Origin: Takakia lepidozioides | Lineage: Eukaryota > Plantae > Bryophyta | Length of the DNA stretch: 64,000 nt | Assembly: GCA_030704615.1 (NCBI GenBank) | Contig: CM060732.1 | Location: 22,072,001-22,136,000, forward strand | Direction of reading: 5' to 3' | In this document: in pieces, positions 37,967 to 50,446 of the stretch | Layout of the letters: each line of letters starts with the position of its first letter | Numbering within the stretch: the stretch's first letter is position 1 | Program-made: the position numbers and the translations under genes | The notes under the pieces: generated by a model | Seen by the model: only the letters and a program-made list of their open reading frames with translations | What the model was told of the DNA's origin: nothing | Databases searched by the model: none

Positions 37967-40900
37967 AGGCAGAGTGTTTGCAGGTGTTGGCCTGCTAATA
38001 TATGTTTTCTTGGTCATTTTAGGCACTACATCCTTGATTTAGTGAGAACTACTCCAAGGGATGTCAATAGCACTGGCCCTGGGTCACCCTTTTGTGTTCT
38101 GAGACCAGAGCTTGTAACTTCATTTTGTCAGGTGTGGTCTCTTCCTTGTTCTCTTTCCTCATTTCTCACGTATTTGATGTACAAGAGAGGACAGGTGTGG
38201 GGTGATTCAAAGGTGGGGAATCCAGTCATCTTAATATATTTATTTGAAGCTCTAGTGTTTGTAGGTCTATTTCTAGTTAACTGATGTACACACTGTGCAA
38301 TTGGAGTATACAGGAAGCTCAAACATCAAAAAATTTGGCAGATAATCTATGAAGCTGAACTAGAAAAGAAAGAGAAAGAAAGTGAGGAGAGGTAGAATTT
38401 GTTCTGAGGTGTTTCCCTTTTCCTCTTGAAATCAGGAAAGATTGTGCTCTCTGGTTGTCCTCTTTCTGAAACTGCTGATGGAGTATATCTGGTGCAGGCA
38501 GAGGCGCTAGAGAGAGCCAAGAAGAGGAAGATGGAAGGGGATGAGGCTAACGAGAAATTCCTGATTTTTGAGGAACTTCGCAAAGTGGTTTTCAATCCCA
38601 ATGTCTTTACAGACTTCAAGGTTGCTGGTAGACCAGAGGTCAGTGTATTATCCCCGTCAGAAAAAGTAGGGATTATGTGTCTGAAGTATTTCATTTGTTA
38701 AAGGATTTTCTTTGAGTCACTAGCAGGGAGATTGAAGGTGCATTAATTTAATTGAAGGTGCCACTACTTGCTGCCCTAAATTTAAGTCACCATGCCATGT
38801 CAGATCAAGTGAACATTTTAGGTAGAGTTCTGCCACTGTAGACCAACAAGTTCCAGACACTGTAGTAAGGAACGGTGGTGTTGCTATTCTCTGGCATCTG
38901 ATCGGCTCCTATGTAGAGTTTGACCTGGCCTACAGACTAGTTTGTAGTGTCATTTTATCCTATTTCTGTACATCCAGTCTGATCGATTCTTGATTGTTCA
39001 GCCAGCACTCATTATTGCAGTGGGCATTGTTGGATGGCAGGATATAGCAGTGGATGAAGAGTTGGTTAGGAAAGCTGGACAGTATCTGGTGAGCACAGTG
39101 CTTCTGAAGCTAGTGGTGGACCTTAGTAGCCTGGAGCTGTCACTCATGGATGGCCCCACACTGACTTCTTCTCTCCATGCCCGTGGCATTAATATCCGCT
39201 ATCTTGGACAGGTATGGGGTGCAATTCTGTAGTTTTCTGCCATGGAGATACTGGATTGTGATTTTGAAGTATTAATTGGGTTAGAAGATTCCTAGAAGCT
39301 TTCCTGTAGTGCCTAGGGACTAGAGTTTGATATGAATGTTTGCAGCATCAGATGTCTGAATGTATGCTGCAATACATAGCTATGTATGCATGTCACGTTC
39401 TCTTCTTCATCATGGGTACTGAGATGTGCATGCGGGCATGCAAGGGGCTGACAGGTGGCAAGGCAGGCCGAGAATTTGCAACATATCTGGAATCTATGTG
39501 TAGTAGAGATGGTGGTTCGGTCTGCCAAACATGTCCTGAAGGTACAGCTTGAGTTTCTCCTGTTTACAACATCTGAATGAAAATAGTGGGACATCTTTGG
39601 TGGAGTTGCCATTTCTCAGACTCAGCTGTTTTGTTTCTATTGCCAGGCTGTGCTACGTGAGACTCTTGACGAAGATGTGGGAGGTACAATTGCCCATTTT
39701 TTCAACTGTCTTGTTGGGTCGGAGTTGATGTCTACAAATGCTGAAGGCGCCTTTCCATCCCCTGAAAGATCCGAATGTGAGCCAAAATCAATATTTCCAG
39801 AAACCGCCACTGTGAGTGCAACTAGACTAACTGTGTTGTTTTCCCAAGAAAAGTAGAAAACCAACTTGGAACTGTAACTGTTATAGCCAACATAGTGTGA
39901 TACTTGGGATTTGAACAACAGAGTGGAATAGAGGCATGAATCATGTACAATGTGATGAAAGTGCTAAGAGCCAATTAAGTACTCCATACATAGACATGCT
40001 TCCATTCGGAAAGAGCCGCCTACTTGCAAATTCTATCCTTCTGTGATCTTCGCAATGGCGCTCGGCATAATGCTTTTGAACAACTGCTTGACAACTTTTA
40101 ATTCTACAATGGAAGTATCGTCTGGCATGGATCAGGAGGGCACAGCAAATGGACTAACAACAAAGGCTGGAGTGCTTCCTAGAGTTTGCCCACTGTACCT
40201 TTGCATATCTCCAGACCTTGTTTGGTCTGACATTCAGGAAGGGGTACAGTTCAAATATCAGGTTTCCACCAGGCCTATTTTCACTCTAAAAAATGTCAGG
40301 TGTATCATTTCAGAGTGCATTCCATTTTCAGTTTCCAGTCTTGTTGCACGGTTTTTGTTGACAGATAGTCTTATAGGCCCCAGGTTCAGGGACGTATATC
40401 AGAAGTTGTTATCTTAGTCAAGTAACAAGGAGGTCTGTGGGGATTTCAAAGCTCTCAGAAGAGCTGGACACTCAACATGGAGTTGTCTCTAAGCCTGATC
40501 TTGCAAAGATGAACTTGAACCTCGGATTTAAAACATCAGAGCAAGCAGTATAAGCTGACTAAAGTGACTGTATTTAAAGTGAATGGAACTCCTTCTGCGA
40601 GATGCTTCTTGTACTTATCTAACAGTACATTAGAGGGTGAAGGAGAGAGAATCCGTCCTCCTTGCATAGACAGCTGGATATTGCACACCTAAGCATGCTA
40701 CATGGTGGATGGGTAGTTTGAATTGCCAGCAGATGCAAGATCCAGGGTACGCAAGATTTCAACTTTTCGGAATTTAAGTCAAAAGGTATCTGCTTGTCTA
40801 TCTCTGCATGTCAGGCAGGAATCAATGTTTGGAGACTCCTCACCCCAGCCTATCCCCTTCTGTTTCTGAGGCTCCTTTTTCTCTAACTTTTGAGCAGTTC

Positions 40901-43900
40901 AAAGGGAAAGGATTTGGAAAGTGGATATTCCCCACCCCAGCCTATCCCCTTCTGTTTCTGGGGCTCCTTTTTCTCTAACTTTTGGGCAGTTCCAAGGGAA
41001 AGGATTGGAAAGTGTAGCCAGAAACTAGACTTTGTTGAGAGGGGTTCTTGATGGTACGGTCAGTGTTATTTTAGTTGCGAATATCTCCCTTTGAGTACTG
41101 TTGTCGCTAGATTCTTATGTGGGAAGTGGTGCATACCCCTGCTTGCTGTAGTATGTTGAATGGAAAGTTAGGCTTTTTCTGTTTGCTTCTTATACTCTAG
41201 CTTTGGCTACCTTGACTTGGCTGTTGAAGTTAGGGTACCGTTGTAAGGCTGTTCTCTAGGTGGTACTTATTCCTTTGACCGGTACAGGATTTGGAAATTT
41301 TTGGTATAGCTGTCTTTTGATTTCTGTATGTGGGTCTCAAGATGGGTGTCAAACTTGCAGCAAGAAAGTACAACTTCGAAAGTGCAGCGCCCTTTCAGAC
41401 CTCTGACATTTTGGACCTTCAAGTGGTGGTGAAACATTTATCACCTGTATGTGGGGATGCTCAAGACCTCTTGGAGACTGGGGAACTTCGCTTGACACAG
41501 GTGAAACAACACAATATACCTGAGTTGCAACTGCCACATTTCCCCATGCTCTCATGAATAGACATGGTTCCATGGGATTTCAACTCTTTCCTCTGACTCT
41601 CCCATGGAAGTGATATCATTGGACGTGCTTCGATGTTTTCTGGAGTGGTTTCTTGTTGTGGGGCTTTGTCCCATCGGCCCTTGTGGAAAGGAAATGTCTC
41701 TCCCTCGCTTGCTCACTTGCTATTTGTCTCATGGGCCCCTGGTTCACTTGTGGAGGTTATAAGTTTGTTGCTTTCTTACTCCCATGTGTCCCCTTGACCC
41801 CCTGGGGATGTTACACAAATTTCCTTTATCTCTCTCTCCATGGGTATCTCTGAAGTTTTCTTTCTGTTTTCTCTCTCCAGTCTTTCTGACCTCTTTATGT
41901 AGGTTTGTTAAGCATGGCCCAGTGATTAGGGTACAACGAGGCCTTACAAGCAGTTGTGGGTTCAAGGCCACAGGTGTATGTTGGATGTCACACATCATCC
42001 CAACAGTAAAAGTGGGCCATTGGATGAACCGGTCACCTAATGTGTGGGTACCTGGGGGCTTTCGAGCCCTACTCTCTCGAAATCCGAGGTGGCAAAGAAA
42101 GAAAACAATGGACAAGGATTTTGTGAACATGATGGTCTGTTAGTGGTGTACAATTTTGGCAGTATTATCTCTTAGGAGTATTGACAGGCTTTTGCGTCAA
42201 ACTGATTAGTAAACATGGTAGTGAAAGATGGAGAGTTTGGTGAGTTCAGGGTATGGACTTGAAAAGAGAGCAATCTCTTCTGGCATGGAACAGGTCGGCC
42301 TACCTATGAGGGTGAAGCTGTTGGGACCCCAGCATCCTCCCACATGGTTTCGTCTCCATCAAGTTACTTCCCTTCCTTTTGTCTCCCTCTGATTGTTTGG
42401 CAAAACTTGTATGAAGTATCTCTGTTAGGTCTCTGCTCTTCATCCTGGGTCTCTGTTTGCCACCGTTTCTCAATCTGGGCCCCTTGAGGACGTTTCAAGG
42501 TTCCCTTGATTCTTTCTTTCGTTCGTTCGTTCTTTGTCTTCCTGAGGGTGTCTTGTAGATTGTGAATTCGAAGCTCTGTCTAGTGCTACTACATTGACAC
42601 CACTCTTCAAGTAGATTCTCTGTTGCACTTCCTTTCCACTGTGAGTTAAGGCTCCCTTGATACGTATGTTTTTGGGGGTGGGGTGCTTGAACATTCCCCA
42701 GGGTAAGCTGAATGAGGCATATGAGCTCTTCTTGCAAGCCTTCACAGTTTTTCAGCAGGTAACATTGTGATATGTTGATGGGCTTTCTTAGATGACCATG
42801 TTTGCATTTCATGTTTTGCTACCAGGAGATGGTTTATGGACTTCTTCCATTTACAGCAAGGCATCGTTAAGGAGAAAGAATCTCGTCCATGTCGTGGTCT
42901 TCTTAGGATTCAAGCAGCAGGTGAACAATGAATGAACTTGCTCATGTTGAGTTGTGATGGCCGCAGGTTTGCGGCCCTATGCATCATCAGGTAGCCAGCT
43001 GCTGCAGGTATTCTCCCCATCCATGTCTGTTCCATTTGGTCCGCTTCGGCAAACGTCTCTGTCTCCATCCATTTCTGCCCGTCTTGGAGGGAACAGTCTA
43101 TTAACAGTCTGTATGATTGTCTATATTCGAACCTGTGCTCCTGGGTATTGGGTTCCTCTTGCTCCATTTGCATTGTTTCCCTAAAACAGTTGCTTAGATG
43201 CCCTGTCTGGATTCTATGCAGTATTTGATAGTATCACCTTGCATCAAGGGCATGTGATGTTTCTCTAGTGTATTTTGAAAGTTAGATTACAAGCCAAGCG
43301 CTGGCCTTCATAAGAGTTGGTTGCCAAATGCAATCACAGGTATTTGGCCATGGTGTTGTATCATTCCGGGGACATGGCAAGTGCAATAATGCAGCAGCAC
43401 AAGGAGCTCATCATCAATGAGCGCTGCCTGGGTCCTGATCACCCTGACACTGCCTACAGGTTCTCTGGCATTTCTCCCCTTCCTGTCCATGAAGAGGGAC
43501 TGAAAGTATATTTGTCATGGTTGTGCACCTATGAGATACTATCAACATTCTGCCATGCATTCAAATCCTCTACATGTTCATTCATGATTCCAATTTGAAG
43601 TGAATACATGCTGAGGCTTGACAGCTTGGTTGGATGGGAACAGTTATGGGAATATGGGAATTTTGTACCATGGGTTGAACCAAACTGAGCTAGGTCTGCG
43701 CCACATGGCACACATGCTGCTGCTTCTTGAGGTTTCTTGTGGATCCAACCACCCTGATGTGGCAGCCAGTTTCATCAACATTGCAAAGATGTACCAGGAC
43801 ACAGGACAGATGAATGTTGCTCTTCACTTTTTGCATGAGGCTTTAAAACGGAACAAGCAGTTGCTGGGCCCAGATCATGTTCAAACTATCTCTGCTGCAC

Positions 43901-44942
43901 AGAAGGCATCTGAAGCTCTTAAGGTCCACATTCGATGTCCTCTTCAACTTGTTTTCTTGTTGGGCAGTAAGGCTTACATCTCTACAGTTTGTGCTGATAG
44001 ACAAAAGTGATTTGGATGAGACCTTTTCCAGTTCTGGAGACAATTCAAGCATAAGGTAGGATTTCATGACTTAATTGAATACAGTAGTATTTAGAGTCAA
44101 GCCATCATTCTTCTAATATAAGATAAGTAAACCAGAAAAAAAAAGATAACATCCCCCATCTTTATAAGAACACTATCCCTAGGTGTGAACGCACCTATGT
44201 AGCAATTACAAACTTGTAACTACTGCTTAATGCTGACATAACATATAAGGGTGTCGGATATAGTAGGGTTCAAAATAGTCCAACTGTACATTTAAAAAAA
44301 AATTAATGCCTATGCACTTGAGCTCGGCAGGCACGGTCAGGTTTGGTGCAAGCCTTCCAAGCAGCCACAAATGGGAATGCAAGCCGAGGCTCTATCAGCA
44401 AGTTAGCTGCGGCAGGAGCTCGTTTGATTGGGAGTGATGATCTGCCAAGGTCAAGAGCTACAGATGAACGGGCCATACGGGCAGCAAATTTCTATGAGAG
44501 GCTGGTCCAAATGAACGGTGCATCGCCAGCATCAGGGACAGATGACTCGTGCCTTAGAGAAGTTCGGAAGAAGAGTGGAACAAGGGGGCCAAATGTCCGG
44601 CCTCAGGCAGGGATACCTACCCAGTGCACCCCTCCCTTTGGACATCTGCTCAGCCTCAGCAGTGGGATGGCTGACAAGGCGCCAGTGGTGAGTAATTCTT
44701 TGGGGTCGAGTTCATCAAGAGGGGCTGGAAGGAACATGTCATCTACTCCACTAGAAGGCAGTGGGAATAAAACAGCAGGGAGTTCCATGGGCTTCAACTT
44801 TAGTATGCGGCCAATTCCAGTTCCACAGGAGATGAATGGGTTGGTGGATGGTGATGATATAGGTCCTTCAACTTCAGGGTTGGGGCACTTTACTGGCCTA
44901 GACAGCAAAAAGAAGAAATCCAGATCCAGAAATCCTGGCTAG
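23862..44942 (+). CDS. CLU: Clustered mitochondria protein homolog (CLU/FRIENDLY; CLU_N, CLU, eIF3_p135 and TPR domains), ~25 exons
   Basis: Spliced exons give MAGRSHKSKKK, LYPITVKGPSGEQLELQ, QFLLDAPETCFYTCYDL, FSSFNP, GDLIYLDVV, HPFENV, QRDWNEELQSCRE, HNNIFFSFAVD, YVSANNDLRG, IIDFRGHRVVAQSIIPGILQG, VECRGMVGSDDRHYILDL, FNPNVFT, LHARGINIRYLG, YLAMVLYHSGD, ERCLGPDHPDT, ending KKKKSRSRNPG*. This matches plant FRIENDLY/CLU as I recall it. Confidence 0.93.
30247..34800 (-). mobile_element. Near full-length APE-RT LINE (ORF1 + ORF2, C-terminal CCHC; RTE/RTEX-like), antisense in CLU intron 29872-38022
   Basis: ORF1 is 33800-34783. ORF2 has endonuclease motifs TFNFSGL, QETW, LGDFNARVG, IVDYI, SDHFLV (31875-33908), a frameshift near 32010, RT QGCTLSP/FADD and CPLC..EDSIHFLIHC (30257-31972). 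The clade call is tentative and the 5' end approximate. Confidence 0.92.
33911..34325 (-). repeat. Three in-frame 141-bp (47-aa) tandem repeats inside LINE ORF1
   Basis: GFGTLNGLPILKVYTRR..SIHGVIVPK..DGQS occurs three times, with the DNA unit recurring at about 33920, 34061 and 34202. Confidence 0.9.
35107..36424 (-). mobile_element. Stack of three truncated copies of the same LINE family; the last has an inverted 5' piece
   Basis: Three 3' termini (ACTCATAAGA..TTG) near 35120, 35964 and 36249 are each next to a (GA)n run. 36349-36412 is the same family in opposite orientation. Confidence 0.85.
37928..37961. repeat. (GA)n microsatellite
   Basis: About 17 GA units. Confidence 0.95.
40841..41014. 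repeat. ~83-bp direct repeat (2 copies) in a CLU intron
   Basis: CACCCCAGCCTATCCCCTTCTGTTTCTG...GGAAAGTG at 40841 and 40933. Confidence 0.9.
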
Positions 44943-45489
44943 CCAACAGGTTGGGCTACACTGCAAGGTCCTTTGATGGGCGTATAATTACTCTCAAGCT
45001 CTCTCCTTTGCAGCTTATGTGATTATTGCTAGATGAGGAAAGCTTTGCCTACGGACGTTGAAATGGGCTGCACAGGCCCTGTGCAAGTTGGAGGTTGAAT
45101 TTTAAAAGCCATGTATCAGAACTTCCAAGCAGAAGATTTGCAGCTTTTGCTACAAGCTAGGAATTGAGATACTTGATCCAGGATGTGAGGACCATTGTAT
45201 ACTGTTGGTGAGTCACACTTCTCAGATGTTACATTTTGGTCTTAAGTGATCGGATGTAAAAAAATTGAAGTAAACATCTGAGTGACAGCAGTATGCTGAA
45301 TCCAACATAGGCAAAAGAGTTGAGATTCCTCATTGAAGTTGTCTGAAATGAAAATGATAATACAAAACAATAATATAGATGGAAAACATATGCATACGAT
45401 CTTGTAGGCTCAAAAAAAGTTTGAGACAGATCACAGCCCTAATGGATCGTGCAAGATAGGGGCAATAGATGAGGATAAGAATGATGCAC

Positions 45490-46160
45490 TTGTAGACAAC
45501 ATTTGTAATTTTTATTGGATTCCCTGATCTAGTCATAGCCCTCAACATCAACTCACTTGTATTAGGACCCTTCCCTCGAGACCATCCCCTCCATCCCCTG
45601 AGAAAGTCACGATATTCAGTTGCATGCATCCATCCATCGATCCAACAGAAAAAAAAAACAAGATCAATTCCATATTCTTCAGCTATAAATGGACAGAAGA
45701 ACAGTGCACAATGCAATAAAAATGGTGATCACACAAGTTAGACTAGCACAAATGATAAATGTGAATTCGAAGCTGCAGTTTGCACGGAGGATTTAGATAA
45801 CAAATTACTTCAATAGACCTTATGAACAAAAATTATACTGCCTCAATCATATGCACTTGCTGAGCGTCTGCTACGTGAATGCTCGCACCATGTCGTCGGT
45901 GGTAGCAACATACAAGTTGCAACCTGATTTCTTAGATTGCTGCTTCCATGCATTGTGAATTGTTTTTGTCAAAATTGCATAAAGACATGTCTGCAATGTC
46001 CTCAAGGGACATGTCTTACAACACAAAGGCGACACAAATGTGAAAAGAAATGCGGCACAAATTACTAAACGAAACAAAAACAAAGAGCTTGCGAAGATTG
46101 GAACATTCCAACGTCATGAAGATGACTTACTTGACGGCACGGAACGGTGGTAATTGTTAA
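45490..46160 (-). pseudogene. Relic of a MULE transposase related to the one at 56862-59996
   Basis: TIHNAWKQQSKKSGCNLYVATTDDMVRAF and YRDFLRG..RGKGPNTSELMLRA align with ETVHSQWMAQSGKNGRNLYAATADDMVRAV and YRDFLRRRGAGKGPDREELLLRA. Confidence 0.8.
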
Positions 46161-46700
46161 GGTGGATGGAATTGCATCCTTCCGTATTTCATTTTACTGG
46201 CATGTCACTGTGATGTTTGTTTTTGATGTGCCAAGATCTGAATGGGTGTGCAGGAACAACAAGATGTAAAATTATTTTATGTGTGCGTCAATCGTTCAAA
46301 ACTATCTTATGGATATTCCTCATCAGTTATCCATTGGGAGAACTCCATTATACCGTCCTATGCCTCTACACCAATTTTACAAAGGATTGGAGGTGAATAT
46401 GTAGACACCAGTGTTGGACCAGTATATAGGTCTGGGGCGGGTATCAAGTAGGGTACTAAGGGTAATGGTGTGAAGGATCATACCCGGCGGGTACCTGCAA
46501 GATCCGGCAAATACCCTAGTGGGGCAGGATACATGGACTTCTAAAACCTTGGCGCAAACCAAACCAGTATGGTCTTCTTCCTTGCGCTACCACTCCAATA
46601 CCATGCATGCGCCGGTTGAGGGAGAGGATGCAGGGGTAGGATTTAGGGTAGTTTTCATTGGGGATACTAACTACATGGAGCGTTTTCAAGAGCGTTTCAA

Positions 46701-46782
46701 TATTGAAATGGGCCATTTGGTCTATTCAAATGGCCATTTGAATATTGGAATGAGCCATTTGAATAGTTCAAATGGCCATTTC
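46701..46782. repeat. Four tandem ~21-bp palindromic units (core AAATGGCCATTT)
   Basis: A perfect 22-bp palindrome TATTCAAATGGCCATTTGAATA lies at 46723-46744, with three degenerate neighbours. Confidence 0.8.
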
Positions 46783-46884
46783 ATTTTTGGTATCACTGTT
46801 GTACTACCTTCATCGATTCCACAGGGTTATTTTTTCCCTGTTTTTGGTTGAACTTTACTACCTATGTGTTCCCTGGCCTTGGTC

Positions 46885-48469
46885 TTTTTTTTTCTTTTTT
46901 AAAAATAGAACAGGGAACTGAGGCCCTGGAGAATTTATTCCAATAAAGCGGATTACAAAGAAAGTGAGGAAAAAATAACCTCACTAGGGAAACCATGAGG
47001 AAGATAAAGGAGCTTTGCCCCGTAACCAAAACTAAGAAGCCTGCAGAGGCTAAGGATAAGAGCACTGCAGGTGGGGGATGTCTAAGGCCTGGAAGAGGCG
47101 AAGGAGAGATGCGCCTTGGACTTGCCCTTCCGAAGGGAACGCTTGTGGCGCCAATTGACGTCAGAGTCTTCTGGTTCAGCTGACTGTTGGGCACTACGAG
47201 AACTGCCAACATGACGGGAGTTGGTTGTTCCAGAATTAAGGAACCAACAGAAAGAACCAGAGTAGTGTTTGATATTGGGTGGCGGCGAAGGATTGCAAGC
47301 TCCCGAGATCCTGCAGAACACTCTAATCGCAAAGAGACCTTCTTCTTGAAGATACTTGAACGATGGATGGTACAAGCCCCCAACAGCCTGAAACTGCCAG
47401 CCCGCCAGAGTGCTGCCATGGCGTGATATGGCGTAGAGGGCCACCTGCGCAGACCCGGGGGCACCTTTCCCAATCCAGGCTGGAAGCAGCCTAGGTGCAT
47501 CCTGAACCGAGGGAAATGAAGTCCAAAGCTGGGGTATCTCTTTAATCAGTGAATCCCAAGCTCTTGCCCTTCTGGAAGTGAGGTGGGAGGTGACCAGGTC
47601 TTTGGGGAGGAAGCTGGGAGGATCCCAGATATGGCAAAAATGCGAAATTCCAGCCATCTCCCAATGACTCCATTTTTTAGCTCCCGATAAAAGCACCTCT
47701 GAATCGGAGTTGTAGTTCGCAAAAAGAGGCTGACGCAAGGCCTCTTCCAATGTGGATGTCATGGTTTGATAGAGCGAGTTTCTCAATTGAATCCATGCAA
47801 CCCAAATAGATTGCCAAGCTTTGGAGCCCAAGGGATGAGTTTTGAATGAACTTTTACCTTGCACGATCCAACAAGGATTTAGGCCAGTCTCCAGATGTGG
47901 GAGCTGCATCCATGACATGATGGCGGACCAGCAGACTCCACGGAGCTGAAAGATTTGTGAAAATCCTGGGAACCCACTTTGCGAGAAGGGAGGTAATCTG
48001 AGCAAGAGGGTCTATGATACCAAGTCCTCCCAGCTTTTTCTTCTGGGTGATTTGACCCCAGCTAACTAGAGCTCTGCGATTTGGAGAGAGGGCTGTTCCA
48101 CCCCAGATGAAGTTTCTAACCAAGACTTTAATTTGGTTGATAATCTCAGAGCCTGGAGACCAGACTGCCGCAGAGAACCACGAGGATGCGAGAATCACTT
48201 GGTTAGCCACTAAGGCTCGCCCTGTAATTGAGAGTCCAAGAGAACTCCAATAGGTAAAATGCTTCCTGATTTCTTCATAACTGCTTCACAACGTTGAGAG
48301 TCTATCAAATCGTGACCAATGAGGTGCCCGAGCAGCTTGTGGGCTTGCCCATTCTGAAGCCCACGCAAGCCAAGATCATGGCCCCAAGTATCTGAGATCG
48401 AGTCCCTACTGACTTAGGCCAATTGACCCAATTAACCCTAAGACCCGACACCATACAGAAAAGATGACG
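46885..48469 (-). mobile_element. L1-type LINE, 3' part (end of RT, downstream ORF2, 3' UTR, poly-A)
   Basis: HLFCMVSGLRVNW, RYLG, GRALVANQVILAS and LVSWGQITQKKKLGGLGI motifs. Poly-T on + at 46885-46900. Confidence 0.9.
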
Positions 48470-50418
48470 GGGGGATGCTATTGTGTGAGCAGATCCCACG
48501 AGCAGAAAATTGCATGAGCAGAAATCTGCTCACACTTGAGGACCTGCCTACCTATAACCGCGGACGTCCAGTCGACTTAGAAGACCTATTACTGCGCAGA
48601 GTGGCCGGTATCAGAAGGTCGGATATGGATGCTGCTTGGATTAATGAGGGATGAATGTCGGATGAATGTCTGTGTAACGAATGAGAGGTGGATGAATGAC
48701 ATAAATGAAAGATTAGATAGTTGTTTGTAGTGGTAGTTCCCAAAAGCTCGGAGATGCATGAAACCATACTTGTCTTGCTTGAAAATCAATTATGTCGGGT
48801 GCAGTGTATATTGCAAACTTTGAGTCCACATTGCTTTGTTGATTGAGAAGGACCACATGTCATTTTCCCAGTTATACAAGGTTGATAGAGAGGATCACAT
48901 TCAATCATGAAGAAGGCAAACGGTGAACTCTTGGTTTTTAAACAAACCCTTCACAAGAATCGATTCATTCGGATAAAGAATATCCACTGCTACAGGACGC
49001 ATTGTTCAGGACGAAGGCAGAACTGTCCACAAAGACGCTAGCCCTGCTCTGCTGAAAACCATGTCTTTCGTGTAGCAGAGAAGGTGGAGATGCCAGCAGA
49101 CTATACTCCTTAGCCGCAGCCTCCGCATAAGCTGGCAAATGAAATTGTGTTGGAGGACTTGGAAAAAAATCCGGGTTGGCAAAGAAGGACAGAAACCGTG
49201 GCATCATAGGACTCCTGCAACCACACAGTAATGAGTAAAATTGGTAAATACTCTGGAAGCCAAACTGCAGCCAAACAAAGGAACACCAAAAGGATCTGTC
49301 ATGGGGTCTATGAGTTGCCACAAAAGAACATGTACTTACTCACATGAAAAATCCGAATCCACATCCAGAGCATCCGGCTCTTGCAGATCCTCCTCCTCAA
49401 CAATCTTCTCAGTCTGGGTCGAATGCGAGGATCCCTCAGAGAGTGGAGCGATGACTAGAGAGTAAAGCTCCTCGTCCCTCTCAAACCCAAAAAGATGTCT
49501 TCCTGCACACTTGCAGGCATGGAACGAAGCCCCTATAGGATGGCGAATGAAAGCACGAAATCATGTCAGAAGCCAAAACAGAGAGGAACATGTGCAACGA
49601 AGAATGGAGAAGAGTTTTGGCATGCACCTGTGCCCATGGAGAGGTCAACCACTTTGCCACCATGCCGGCTGCATGTCTCAATGAAGGTCTGCATGAACGC
49701 GGGCGACTTCTCCCGGGCACCTCTCCATGGAATTCCTCCAGTCTTTTTCAGAGTCTGGGATGCATCCACATAGTTGTGAACAACATCAAATTCGACTGGG
49801 TCGCAATCTGGGTCTATGTGCAGACCTCCTCCCCAAATGTCGAAATGCCCAACATAAGCAGGAGTGTTGGCAGGCCGAATTTGTGACAGGCAAATGGTCT
49901 TGAACACATGGGTCTGCACCAGCAACAATGGAAATATGTCAGCAACTATGGGTATTCAACGACAACACAGACGAATACAAATGAAAGTTACAGGAAATAC
50001 CTTCTGCCCTGGAAACTCCCCCTTCGACAGAGGCAGTGTATTAACACATGTCCATATTTTGTTGATTTGGAACCCAGAGGACTTCATGTAGCTATGAAGA
50101 ATCCGGCGGGATGCCATGTCGTCAGATTGAAATAATAGAAGGCCCCCTGCGTCAGAGAGGAACTTGTTGCAGAAAGAGAATGCCCACTGCCAATACAGAG
50201 GGTTTTGAGCATTCCACTGTGGAGTCACAACAAGGGGAATGATATCAAGCACAGGCTGCCCATCCGGGATGTCAAAGATTACAAGGTCAGCGGCGTAAGG
50301 CTGCTAGACACCGTTCACCCAGCATGGATTCTTCGTCACCTACCAAAAGCAAATGCAAGCGAATGAAATTGGGTAGTTGGTGTACATTTAGGGAACTGGT
50401 AGTACAAAGCACTGGTGG

Positions 50419-50446
50419 ATTAAGATGTCGTTGACGACATCTTAAT
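50419..50446. repeat. Single 28-bp palindrome in a predicted intron
   Basis: ATTAAGATGTCGTTGACGACATCTTAAT. Confidence 0.95.
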
